A DNA stretch of 64,000 bases from Bacteroidales bacterium (GCA_031286165.1 JAITUU010000005.1:20669-84668), one strand, 5' to 3'. Positions 46,422 through 55,574 are shown, counted from the stretch's first letter. Numbers and translations are program-made. Notes: a model not told the origin generated them from the letters alone.

Positions 46422-47720
46422 ATGAACGCACTTTTACCGCTTTTGTATGTTGCTCTGTGCATTGTTCTCATTATTCGCCTGCCGTTTTTTCGTTCACTGA
46501 ATGTGCCGCAGTGGAGTTTGGTGTCGGTGTTTGCTCTCAAAGTGGCAGCCGCACTGGCACTGCACACTATTTATACCTATTATTATACCGACCGCACCAC
46601 TGCCGATGTGTTTAAATATTTCGATGATGCGCAGGTTTTATTTGCTACGTTGTACGAAAATCCCTCTCATTTTTTTCAAATATTGTTTCTGCCGAATCCG
46701 GAAAATCTTCCTCATCTGCAAGCCTATTTTAGCGACACGTGGCATTGGATTCGCCCTACGGAAATGGGATTATTCAATGATAATCAAACCATTATACGCA
46801 TCAATATGATACTCATGCTGTTTTCGTGGGGCAATATTTTTGTACATCACATTCTTGCGGCATTTATTTCTCTTGTGGCATTTTGCTTGCTCTACAACGT
46901 ATTCATTGCCTATTTTCCGCAACAAAAACTCATTGTATTTCTCGGTATTTTTTGTGTGCCGTCATCGCTTTTTTGGGCATCGGCTATGCTCAAAGAATGT
47001 GTGGTAATGCTCGGTTTGGGGCTTTTTCTCTATGGATTACATTCGCTTTTGCAGCAGTTTCGGCGGCGAGCACTCATACTTTTTGTGTGCGGCATTTTTG
47101 TATTACTTCACATCAAAATCTATATCCTTGCGGCTCTTATTCCTGCAAGTGCAGCATTTTTTGTGTGCGCACAATTTCCGAATCTTCGCGCATGGAAGGT
47201 ATATGGCGGAATGTACGCGCTGTGCATTCTGTTTCTTCTTGTCAATTACGTATTGCACGGCATACCGCTTTTTGACAGTCTTGCGCACAAGCGCGAAATT
47301 TCTATTATGCAGACAATAGAAGTGCAAGCAGGTAGTGCGCTTTCGCTATCATATATAAACGGAAGTATTTGGGATTTTGCAAAAGAAACACCTGCTGCGC
47401 TGTGGCGAGCCGTTGCTTTGCCCTATTTGTGGAACATTCATTCTATTATGGACGTACTACCGGCAATGGAAAGTTTCATTATATTTGTTTTAATTCTGCT
47501 CGTATGTCTTTTTCCTCGAAAAACAAATGCCGCGCAACAAAATCTACTTCTTTTTTCCTTCGTATTTTCCATAGCCCTGCTTTGGTTTACGGGCATTACG
47601 AGTGCCACCGTAGGCAGCATAGTGCGCTATCGAATGCCCATGTTGCCGTTTGTATTCACCGCTCTGGCACTCTGCGTGGAATGGCGAAAATTATTTACAA
47701 AATATCGGCTGTATCGGTAA
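46422..47720 (+). CDS. polytopic membrane protein, function unknown
   Basis: MNALLPLLYVALCIVLIIRLPFF... with about 11 hydrophobic helices, resembling glycosyltransferase-C / polymerase-type membrane proteins. No motif secured. Confidence 0.55.
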   Translation: MNALLPLLYVALCIVLIIRLPFFRSLNVPQWSLVSVFALKVAAALALHTIYTYYYTDRTTADVFKYFDDAQVLFATLYENPSHFFQILFLPNPENLPHLQAYFSDTWHWIRPTEMGLFNDNQTIIRINMILMLFSWGNIFVHHILAAFISLVAFCLLYNVFIAYFPQQKLIVFLGIFCVPSSLFWASAMLKECVVMLGLGLFLYGLHSLLQQFRRRALILFVCGIFVLLHIKIYILAALIPASAAFFVCAQFPNLRAWKVYGGMYALCILFLLVNYVLHGIPLFDSLAHKREISIMQTIEVQAGSALSLSYINGSIWDFAKETPAALWRAVALPYLWNIHSIMDVLPAMESFIIFVLILLVCLFPRKTNAAQQNLLLFSFVFSIALLWFTGITSATVGSIVRYRMPMLPFVFTALALCVEWRKLFTKYRLYR

Positions 47721-47735
47721 CAATCACAAGACATA

Positions 47736-47821
47736 GGTTGCTTCGTCCCTCGCAACGGCGTAGCCCTCACCGAAGGTAATGACGCTTTTGTATATGTCAT
47801 TGCGAACGTAGTGAAGTAATC
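47736..47821 (+). repeat. composite REP/MITE-like element (REP1 left arm + inverted REP2 + REP1 right arm)
   Basis: ggttgcttcgtccctcgcaacggc | gtagccctcaccgaaggtaatgacgc | ttttgtatat | gtcattgcgaacgtagtgaagtaatc. The termini are imperfect inverted repeats. Confidence 0.75.
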
Positions 47822-47843
47822 TCTTATTTAAAAGCGTAAACAA

Positions 47844-48560
47844 TTACACCACCTTCATCATATCCTCCAAAAGTGCAGGACTTTTTTCGATACTTGTGCC
47901 CACCACCGCAATATCGGCTCCGGCGGTAAATACGCGCTGTAAATCTTCCACCGAGCGAATGCCGCCTCCCACAATGAGCGGCACGGAGCAGTGCTGCTTC
48001 ACCGCTGCTATCATAGCCGAAGGCACCGAATGTACGGCTCCGCTGCCGGCTTCCAAATAGAGTAATTTCATGCCAAGCATTTCACCGGCGAGAGCCGTAG
48101 CCACTGCAATATCGGTTTTCGCCGCAGGAATAGGGCGCGTGTTGCTCATATATTCCACCGAAGTAGTGGCTCCGCCTTCCACCAATATATATCCCGTAGG
48201 AATAACTTCTATGCCTGCCTGTTTCACTATTGGCGCGGCAATTACTTGATTTCCAATCAAAAACTCGGCATTGCGCCCCGAAATGAGCGACAAAAACAAC
48301 AGCGCATCAACTTCGGGTGTTACGTGTGTGGCGCAACCCGGAAACAAAATCACCGGACGATGATACTCCGATTGTATGCTGCGCACCGTTTTCGACACAT
48401 CACTTTGAATTAAACTCCCCCCCACAAATATAAACGGTACGCCGCAGGTTTCAGCGCGAGCGGCAATGGCGAGTAGCGATTCCTGCGTGTGTTTATCGGG
48501 GTCTATCAAAAGTACCACGTGTTTGCGGGCAGTATTGGCTATTTGGTTGTAAATCTTCAC
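47844..48560 (-). CDS. geranylgeranylglyceryl / heptaprenylglyceryl phosphate synthase (PcrB family)
   Basis: LLIDPDKH...FIFVGGS...ILFPG...YLEAGSGA...LIVGGGIRS. Confidence 0.85.
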   Translation of the reverse strand: MKIYNQIANTARKHVVLLIDPDKHTQESLLAIAARAETCGVPFIFVGGSLIQSDVSKTVRSIQSEYHRPVILFPGCATHVTPEVDALLFLSLISGRNAEFLIGNQVIAAPIVKQAGIEVIPTGYILVEGGATTSVEYMSNTRPIPAAKTDIAVATALAGEMLGMKLLYLEAGSGAVHSVPSAMIAAVKQHCSVPLIVGGGIRSVEDLQRVFTAGADIAVVGTSIEKSPALLEDMMKVV

Positions 48561-48601
48561 AATGGTTACTTATTAATGGTTAATTATGAATAACTGAATA
48601 A

Positions 48602-49231
48602 CTAAAATTTTCTTAATTGATTGGTTGTTAGCACTACAAAAAATTCAGAGGAACGAAAATACGATAATTTCTGGAAAAACCGACAGGTTTCATGATTTAC
48701 TTCGGCACAAATTTCACCGTGTTCTGCGTTTCCCTCAATGGTGTGCACGCAATAATTCTCTCGAAAATCCACACCGGCATTGGTGCATTTAAACAATGCT
48801 TCTTTGGCGCACCACACAAGGGTTTGCTCCTCCAATGTAGTAAATTTTGCTACTTCTGTTTCACTCATAAATCGCGGAGCAAGTTGCGCAATTTTCGGGC
48901 GATATTCTTCTATATCAATACCACATTCAGCGGTTTTACTCAATAGTACAGCGCAATAATTATTTGAATGACTGATACTTACAAAATAATTTCGCAACTG
49001 CGGTTTTCCTTCTACGGTGTAATACATGGCTTCATACTCCTTGTCCAATAAGGAATGTAAGAGTATGCGCGAAGCGGCAAATTCTCGTTTGCGTTTTTCG
49101 GAAAGTGTGTGATATTTTGCTTGTTCTTCGGTATTCAATACCGCCTCAACCTGCGAAAAATCCACATTGGCAAATACACATACGGCTACTTTGTAATTCT
49201 CTGTATCAAACCGTTTTACAGCCGTTTCCAT
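48602..49231 (-). CDS. 4'-phosphopantetheinyl transferase (Sfp type)
   Basis: ISHSNNYCAVL...GIDIEE...WCAKEALFKC. Confidence 0.75.
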   Translation of the reverse strand: METAVKRFDTENYKVAVCVFANVDFSQVEAVLNTEEQAKYHTLSEKRKREFAASRILLHSLLDKEYEAMYYTVEGKPQLRNYFVSISHSNNYCAVLLSKTAECGIDIEEYRPKIAQLAPRFMSETEVAKFTTLEEQTLVWCAKEALFKCTNAGVDFRENYCVHTIEGNAEHGEICAEVNHETCRFFQKLSYFRSSEFFVVLTTNQLRKF

Positions 49232-49236
49232 AGTAT

Positions 49237-50646
49237 TTAATCAATCGTGCGCATCATTCTGCTCAGTCGCAGATTGAAAGGGAATACGCCTTGGTCATCG
49301 AGTGAAAGCCATATAAATGTGGGTTTCCCCACTATGTGGTCTTCGGGCACAAAGCCCCAAAACCGTGAATCTTGCGAATTATCGCGATTGTCGCCCATCA
49401 TCCAATAATAATCCATTGCAAAGGTGTAACTATCGGCTATTTCATTATTAATGTAAATATCTTTTCCCTCTACGCGCAGGGAATTTCTTTCATACACAGT
49501 TATAATTCGCTGATACAATGGCAAATTATCAACCGTAAGGGGAATTGTTACGCCTTTTTTCGGCACTACAATCGGACCGAAAAAATCTTTATTCCACACA
49601 AAATTAGGATTTTGCGGAAAAATTTGACGATACCACTGTCCCGGCAACATTTCATTTTTCACCACTTGTGTTACCACCGAAAGTCTTCCAATTTGCGCTA
49701 CCTGACTATCGTTCAGCAACATAGAATATCCTTCGCCGCTGTATCCATATTCACGTACACCCAATTCTTCTATAATCGACTGACGGATTTTCATACCGCC
49801 CTGCGTAAATACTTCGTAGCGAAATTGCAGTGTTTCTATATTTTTTTGCGGTTTCCCGTTCACTATTGCACGTCCGTTTTTCAGTTCCAGCGTATCGCCC
49901 GGAATTGCAATACAGCGTTTTATGTAATTTTCGCGTTTATCCACAGGACGGTAAATAATAGAGTCTTCAAAATAAGCATAAAACAGCGCATTGCCTGAAA
50001 ATTGCGCACTCAATCGCATAAATCGCTGATTATCTTGCAGTGAGAGCGGAAATATACCGTTGGGAAAATCGCGTTTCAGTTGATAATAACTCTGATTTTG
50101 GCGAGTGAGAATGACCGAATCGCCTTCGGGAAAATTGAATACCACTATATCATCGTTTTTCACCGTAGTCAATCCCGCCATGCGGCGATAAGGGCGTTGC
50201 CAAATAGTGGTAAACGAAGGTACCATGCCATTCGTGCCCGGCATAGAGTGGTGCACAAAGGGAAAGGAAAGCGGCGTCATAGGCGGGCGAGGTCCGTAAT
50301 CGTATTTACTCACAAACAAAAAATCGCCCACCAGCAACGTACCTTCCATAGAAGAGGTGGGAATGGTGTAGGCTTCAAAGAAAAATATGCGGATAAACGA
50401 AGCGGCAATCACCGCAAAAATAATAGCATCAACCCAGCCCATAATCCATTTCATGAATTTATTTTCGGGTTTATAAATTTTCCAAAATGCCCACGGTACT
50501 TTTTTGGTAATATACAAATCAAAAATAATGATAAGCCCCAAAAACCACCAATAATTGCCCAACCACAGTACCCACAGAATATAACAAATTGCTATGAGTG
50601 AAAACAACACCCATTTATTGGTAAAGATTTTTTTTAGAATATTCAT
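49237..50646 (-). CDS. lepB: signal peptidase I
   Basis: IPTSSMEGTLLVGDFLFVSK (catalytic Ser box)...RCIAIPGD...GDNRDNSQDSRFWGFVPEDHIVGKP. Confidence 0.9.
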   Translation of the reverse strand: MNILKKIFTNKWVLFSLIAICYILWVLWLGNYWWFLGLIIIFDLYITKKVPWAFWKIYKPENKFMKWIMGWVDAIIFAVIAASFIRIFFFEAYTIPTSSMEGTLLVGDFLFVSKYDYGPRPPMTPLSFPFVHHSMPGTNGMVPSFTTIWQRPYRRMAGLTTVKNDDIVVFNFPEGDSVILTRQNQSYYQLKRDFPNGIFPLSLQDNQRFMRLSAQFSGNALFYAYFEDSIIYRPVDKRENYIKRCIAIPGDTLELKNGRAIVNGKPQKNIETLQFRYEVFTQGGMKIRQSIIEELGVREYGYSGEGYSMLLNDSQVAQIGRLSVVTQVVKNEMLPGQWYRQIFPQNPNFVWNKDFFGPIVVPKKGVTIPLTVDNLPLYQRIITVYERNSLRVEGKDIYINNEIADSYTFAMDYYWMMGDNRDNSQDSRFWGFVPEDHIVGKPTFIWLSLDDQGVFPFNLRLSRMMRTID

Positions 50647-50737
50647 GTTTGTAGGTGTTAGTTGAAAAAGTGAAAGTTATTTTCTTACTCGTAATTTTTA
50701 ATTAATTTCATTGAGGGCTTCGCCATTGGCAATTGTT

Positions 50738-51460
50738 TTATAGTCCCAGCAAATCGTTCATGCCGTAAAGTCCTGTTTTTTTGTTCATAAATTCGGCGGC
50801 AATTACTACGCCGAGCGCAAATCCTTTTCGCGATTTGGCACAGTGCGAAATTTCTATACTATCCACTTCCGAATCGTAAGTTATGGTGTGTGTGCCCGGC
50901 ACTTTGCCCAAGCGTTTTGCGGTAATTTGCAATTCTTCGGTGGAAGTGAAATCATTCAACTGCCACGATTTTTTGCGGTCAATAGCCGCCACAATATCTT
51001 GCGCAAGGGTAATAGCCGTACCGCTCGGAGCGTCTAATTTTTGCGTATGATGAATTTCTTCAATCGCCACATCATAATCGGGGTAAGCGTTCATTAGTTC
51101 CGCGAGGCGTTTATTCACCGCAAAAAATATGTTTACGCCCAAACTAAAATTCGATGCATAAAAAAATCCTTTATTCTGCGTATCGCACCAATGTTTCACC
51201 TCAGCAAATTTTTCCAACCAGCCGGTAGTACCCGAAACCACAGGAACATTTGCATCAAAACACACTACATAATTACCAAAAGCCGTAGCGGGAGTGGTAA
51301 ATTCTATTGCCACATCTACTTTTTTTGTGCGTAGGTTTTCCGCCGTTAAATCGGCAGCATTGGCAATATCTATTACAAGCGCAATAGTATGACCGCGTTC
51401 GAGGGCAATTTTTTCAATTTCTTTGCCCATTTTTCCATAGCCTATGAGTGCAATATTCAT
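50738..51460 (-). CDS. dapB: 4-hydroxy-tetrahydrodipicolinate reductase
   Basis: MNIALIGYGKMGKEI...EEIHHTQKLDAPSGTA... Confidence 0.9.
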   Translation of the reverse strand: MNIALIGYGKMGKEIEKIALERGHTIALVIDIANAADLTAENLRTKKVDVAIEFTTPATAFGNYVVCFDANVPVVSGTTGWLEKFAEVKHWCDTQNKGFFYASNFSLGVNIFFAVNKRLAELMNAYPDYDVAIEEIHHTQKLDAPSGTAITLAQDIVAAIDRKKSWQLNDFTSTEELQITAKRLGKVPGTHTITYDSEVDSIEISHCAKSRKGFALGVVIAAEFMNKKTGLYGMNDLLGL

Positions 51461-51470
51461 ATTTTAAGAT

Positions 51471-51526
51471 GTTAGTAGTTAGTAGTTAGTAGTTAGTAGT
51501 TAGTAGTTAGTAGTTAGTAGTTAGTA
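51471..51526 (+). repeat. tandem heptamer GTTAGTA (TTAGTAG) x8
   Basis: Eight perfect units counted directly, between the dapB start and the cyclophilin stop. Confidence 0.95.
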
Positions 51527-51549
51527 CTTAGACACTTAACACTCGCCAC

Positions 51550-52005
51550 TTATTCCGTTATTACAATTTTTTCGATTTTATCGCCTTGACGAATGTCGTC
51601 TATCACAGCAAGTCCTTCCACCACTTTACCAAAGCAAGTGTGCTGACGGTCTAAGTGCGAAGTATTGGTTCTGCTGTGGCAAATAAAAAACTGCGAACCG
51701 CCGGTATTTCTGCCTGCGTGCGCCATAGAAAGCACTCCTCTATCGTGATATTGATTGCCGCCGGTAAGTTCGCAAGGAATTGTGTAACCCGGTCCGCCCG
51801 TTCCCGGATAGCCTGTGGCACCCTCGCGAGAATTGGGGCAACCGCCTTGAATTACAAAATCGGGAATTACTCTATGAAATGTCAATCCATCGTAATAACC
51901 CGATTGTGCAAGTTTTTTAAAATTTTCTACTGTTTTTGGAGCATCTTGTTCATAAAACTCCACCTTCATCACACCTTTGGCGGTGTGTATTTCTGCTTGT
52001 GCCAT
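51550..52005 (-). CDS. cyclophilin-type peptidyl-prolyl cis-trans isomerase
   Basis: FHRVIPDFVIQGG...SMAHAGRNTGGSQFFI... Confidence 0.9.
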   Translation of the reverse strand: MAQAEIHTAKGVMKVEFYEQDAPKTVENFKKLAQSGYYDGLTFHRVIPDFVIQGGCPNSREGATGYPGTGGPGYTIPCELTGGNQYHDRGVLSMAHAGRNTGGSQFFICHSRTNTSHLDRQHTCFGKVVEGLAVIDDIRQGDKIEKIVITE

Positions 52006-52129
52006 ACCTATATATAATAACTGAATAATTGAGAATTGAGTACTAAATCAATAAATATCAAATACTATTCTCATGTTTTGTAAATGAAAATCTCTTAATT
52101 GATAATTAATTTTCTCTTAATCGATTTGA

Positions 52130-52642
52130 TTAGAATCCTTTTTTGGGCGTAACCATTTCTTCTATCAACACGCCCAAGCAACCCACACCGGACGCATCTT
52201 TTGCGCGAAAATCACCGCCGCCGCCTTTTGGTTTCATACCACCGGCATCGGGCACTGAAATTACAATTTTAATTTCACGGGTCATGAGCACGGTAAATTC
52301 AAAATCGCGCACATAGTTGTAATCTTTGTTATTGTACAGCGTTTCGCCTGTTTCGCGGTCCACTATTGCCATACCAATATTTTCGCCCAACACTTCTTCG
52401 CTGCAAATTGTAATGCGATAATCTTTTCCTTGATAAATTGTCAAACGAAATTCTGAGGTCTGCCCTTTCAAAAACATGGCACTGCGCGATGCTTCCGACA
52501 TTAAGTACGAGGACGTTCCCTGTTTCTTACATTGTTTTTTATGAAAATCTATACAAGCGTTTTGCGCCATTGTATTTCCGGCACCCAATACGCACAAAGC
52601 CACAAATAAAATTCTTGAATATAATCGAAGCGTTTTTTTCAT
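52130..52642 (-). CDS. small secreted hypothetical protein (paralog of 34946..35383)
   Basis: Signal peptide; YRITICSEEVL...FEFTVLMTREIKIVISV...GCLGVLIE parallels the other copy. Confidence 0.55.
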   Translation of the reverse strand: MKKTLRLYSRILFVALCVLGAGNTMAQNACIDFHKKQCKKQGTSSYLMSEASRSAMFLKGQTSEFRLTIYQGKDYRITICSEEVLGENIGMAIVDRETGETLYNNKDYNYVRDFEFTVLMTREIKIVISVPDAGGMKPKGGGGDFRAKDASGVGCLGVLIEEMVTPKKGF

Positions 52643-52729
52643 TTTCGTATTTTTTTATTCCTCTGTATTTGTTTTTATTCCTGCAAAAGTAATAATTGTT
52701 TTGAAACAACAATTACTAGAACGATGTTT

Positions 52730-53005
52730 TTATCGAAAAATTATTTCTTTTATATAGGGTTCTTGAATTTTCTCGTTTATTCGGTGGATTATAATACTCC
52801 TATTGTTGAACAATTCTTGCTTGATAGCCGCCGAATTGACCGTTACAAACATGGTTCCTCCGCGAAAGGCTATGTTTGCGGTGGCTTTTGCAAACATTCC
52901 GCCCACTATTACCGCCCACTGTTCGCGAATTTCCGCCTCTTTAATGTGCGCATAATATCCGCTTTTTTTGAAAAACGAATCGAGTGCTGTGGATATTTGT
53001 AGCAT
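52730..53005 (-). CDS. DUF721 (DciA-like) protein
   Basis: ...IREQWAVIVGGMFAKATANIAFRGGTMFVTVNSAAIKQELFNNRSIIIHRINEKI... fits the DUF721 pattern. I preferred ATG 53005 to the TTG at 53011. Confidence 0.6.
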   Translation of the reverse strand: MLQISTALDSFFKKSGYYAHIKEAEIREQWAVIVGGMFAKATANIAFRGGTMFVTVNSAAIKQELFNNRSIIIHRINEKIQEPYIKEIIFR

Positions 53006-53080
53006 AAACAATTAATGGTTAATAATTGGTGGTTAATATGAGAATAATTGAATAACTGACGAATCGGGGAATTGACACTT

Positions 53081-54349
53081 TCAATTTTCAACTTTCAACT
53101 GTTTCAACGCCTGCAATCGTTGATACAAATCGGGGTGTGAGTAGTAGCAGAACACATACCATGGGTGCGGCGTAAGATTCGAGAGATTGCGTTTGGAGAG
53201 TTTTCGCAGTGCTTGCGACAAACTTTCCGCCGAATAATGCTGCGCAGCGTAAGCATCTGCCTCAAATTCATGCGTGCGCGACACATAATTGAAAACCAGC
53301 GAAATAGCAAACGAAAGCGGTGTGTAAAGCAACGCAAATACCAGCAATGCTATGTGATATTTCCCTTGTTCGTAAGGCACGCCGAGTGCTTCGGTGAATT
53401 GCGGCACACGCACGCACAATCCCAACACAAAAAGCATAACTCCCATTTGCAGCAACGAAGCAAGTATCATAGAGCGCGTGTGTTTCTTTTTATAATGCCC
53501 TATTTCGTGAGCAAGCACTGCTACAATTTCGTCCACCGTCATTTCTTGAATCAATGTATCGTAAAGCACTATGCGTTTTTTCGCACCAAGTCCGCTAAAA
53601 TACGCATTCGCCTTTGTGGAACGTTTCGAGCCGTCTATCACAAAAATAGTATCGAGTTTGAAACCAACGTTACTCGCAAATTCGGCAATTGCCTGTTTCA
53701 ACTCGCCATCTTCGAGCGGCGTTTGTTTATTGAAAAGCGGCACTATGAGCGAAGAATAAAACATAGTGATAGCAATCATAATGAGCGAAATAAAGACCCA
53801 CGCATAGAGCCAAAACCATTCGCCGAAATACGACATGAGCGCAAGCAATGCCGCCAACACAGCAGCCCCCAAAAGTGCTGCCAAAAGCCACGATTTGAGC
53901 GTATCGAACACAAAAAGTTTCGCTGTGGTTTTATTGAATCCAAATCGTTGCTCTATCACAAAGGTATTGTAAATTTCAAAAGGTTTTCCCAATATATCGG
54001 CGGCAAATCCTAAAATTCCGAAAAACAATAATCCCGCCCAAATGTGGTTCAATGGCTGTGCGGCACTGCCAAAGGTTGCATAAATCCACGTATCGAGCCA
54101 CGCAAAAGCACTGCAAAACAAAAGTGCAAGTATAACAACAGTAGAAAGCGTACTCGACCAAAACGAAATGTTCGATTTCGCCTCTTCGTAGCGTTGCTGT
54201 TTCTCGTATTCTTCGGCATTGTAAATATCTTGCAATTCGGCTGGCAACGCCGTTTTGCGGTGTTTGGCATTAATGTAATCCAAAAAACGCTCTATCGCAT
54301 AATCGGCGCAAATTATTACGATGATACATATAAATAGTATGTTTGTCAT
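53081..54349 (-). CDS. M48-family (Ste24/HtpX-like) zinc metallopeptidase
   Basis: Multi-TM N-terminus; HEIGHYKKKH zinc motif; ...EFEADAYA. ATG 54349 lies 25 nt downstream of the -7 box. Confidence 0.85.
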   Translation of the reverse strand: MTNILFICIIVIICADYAIERFLDYINAKHRKTALPAELQDIYNAEEYEKQQRYEEAKSNISFWSSTLSTVVILALLFCSAFAWLDTWIYATFGSAAQPLNHIWAGLLFFGILGFAADILGKPFEIYNTFVIEQRFGFNKTTAKLFVFDTLKSWLLAALLGAAVLAALLALMSYFGEWFWLYAWVFISLIMIAITMFYSSLIVPLFNKQTPLEDGELKQAIAEFASNVGFKLDTIFVIDGSKRSTKANAYFSGLGAKKRIVLYDTLIQEMTVDEIVAVLAHEIGHYKKKHTRSMILASLLQMGVMLFVLGLCVRVPQFTEALGVPYEQGKYHIALLVFALLYTPLSFAISLVFNYVSRTHEFEADAYAAQHYSAESLSQALRKLSKRNLSNLTPHPWYVFCYYSHPDLYQRLQALKQLKVEN

Positions 54350-54374
54350 AGTGTTGAGTTTTAAATTTTCCTCG

Positions 54375-54382
54375 CAAAGATA
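54375..54382 (-). promoter_or_regulatory. -7 box TAnnTTTG
   Basis: The minus strand reads tatctttg. Confidence 0.5.
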
Positions 54383-54428
54383 CAATTTCCTACAATATCA
54401 TAGTATTATTTTCGCAACTCCTCACAAA

Positions 54429-54448
54429 AATACCCCTTTAACGGTATT
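54429..54448. promoter_or_regulatory. dyad operator AATACC-N8-GGTATT upstream of the thiS-like/E1 operon
   Basis: Perfect 6-bp inverted arms, 21 nt upstream of the -7 box at 54470..54477. In a 24-nt comparison, 21 positions are identical to the site at 1700..1723. Confidence 0.6.
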
Positions 54449-54469
54449 TTATTTCGTGAGCAATCGTGG

Positions 54470-54477
54470 TATTTTTG
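54470..54477 (+). promoter_or_regulatory. -7 box TAnnTTTG
   Basis: tatttttg. A second candidate box, tacatttg, lies at 54502..54509. ATG is at 54546. Confidence 0.5.
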
Positions 54478-54545
54478 TGCTTGATATAAAAATAAAAACA
54501 CTACATTTGTAGTGTGTAATTACAAACTAAAAAAAAGAGATTACC

Positions 54546-54758
54546 ATGAGCAAAATTACAGTAAATGGCGAGGCGCAGGACGTTACACTGCCCCTTTCGC
54601 TACCCGAATTGATAACGCTGAATAACGTATTGCAGCCCGACATGGTTTCCATTCAAATCAACGGAGAGTTCATTAATCGCGACAACTTCGCAAAAACCGC
54701 CATCAACGAAGGCGATGAGATTGATTTTCTCTACTTTATGGGAGGAGGTGCGCTATGA
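54546..54758 (+). CDS. ThiS/MoaD-like sulfur-carrier (ubiquitin-fold) protein with C-terminal extension past the GG
   Basis: 70 aa: MSKITVNGEAQDV...INGEFINRDNF..INEGDEIDFLYFMGGGAL. This is ThiS-like in length and pattern, but the Gly-Gly is followed by extra residues. The stop overlaps the E1 start (ATGA). Confidence 0.75.
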   Translation: MSKITVNGEAQDVTLPLSLPELITLNNVLQPDMVSIQINGEFINRDNFAKTAINEGDEIDFLYFMGGGAL

Positions 54759-55567
54759 ATTTCACGGACGAACAAATAGAACGATACAGCCGCCACATTT
54801 TGTTGCAAGACATTGGCGTGGAGGGGCAGGAAAAAATCAACAACGGCAAAGTGCTTGTGATTGGCGCGGGCGGACTTGGTGCGCCGGTGTTGCTCTACCT
54901 TGCCGCTGCCGGCGTGGGCACTATAGGCATTATAGACGGCGATGTGGTGGATTTGAGTAATTTGCAACGGCAGGTAATTCACTCCACACCCGATGTGGGC
55001 AAACCCAAAGTGCAGTCGGCAAAAGAGAAAATCAACCAAATCAATCCCGATGTAAAGGTGATTACGCATCACGCATTTTTCACTGCCGAAAATGCTTTTG
55101 ACCTCATCAAAGACTACGATTTTATAGTCGATGGCACCGATAATTTTCCGGTAAAATTCTTGATAAACGATGCCTGCGTGTTGGCAGGAAAACCCTTTTC
55201 GCACGGCGGAATTTTGCGTTTCGATGGGCAAACCTTCACGCACACACCGGGCAAGGTATGCTACCGTTGCCTTTTCAACGCGCCGCCGCCGCCCAATGCC
55301 GTACCCACCTGTTCGCAAGCGGGCGTGCTGGGTGCCATTGCCGGAATGTTGGGTACCATTCAGGCTGCCGAAGTGCTCAAATTCCTCACCGGCACGGGAG
55401 AATTGCTCAGCAATCGACTGCTGATTTTCGATGCCAAATCCATGAATTTCCGCACGGTGCACGCGCAGCGCAACCCCAAATGCCCTATTTGCGGCGAACA
55501 CCCTACCATTACCGAATTGGTGGAAAGCGAACAAGCCGCTTGCGAGTTTAAAGCACGAAAAAAATAA
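54755..55567 (+). CDS. MoeB/ThiF/HesA-family E1-like adenylyltransferase
   Basis: YSRHILLQDIGVEGQEKINNGKVLVIGAGGLGAP...DGDVVDLSNLQRQ...CYRC...CPICG zinc tetrad. No rhodanese domain. Confidence 0.9.
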   Translation: MNFTDEQIERYSRHILLQDIGVEGQEKINNGKVLVIGAGGLGAPVLLYLAAAGVGTIGIIDGDVVDLSNLQRQVIHSTPDVGKPKVQSAKEKINQINPDVKVITHHAFFTAENAFDLIKDYDFIVDGTDNFPVKFLINDACVLAGKPFSHGGILRFDGQTFTHTPGKVCYRCLFNAPPPPNAVPTCSQAGVLGAIAGMLGTIQAAEVLKFLTGTGELLSNRLLIFDAKSMNFRTVHAQRNPKCPICGEHPTITELVESEQAACEFKARKK

Positions 55568-55574
55568 ATTGAAA

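Noticed and set aside
51471-51526. Possible CRISPR array (regular short repeats here and at 4226 and 21287).
   Set aside because: The units are 7 nt and directly tandem, with no spacers, and there are no cas genes in the window. They are microsatellite-like arrays, not CRISPR.
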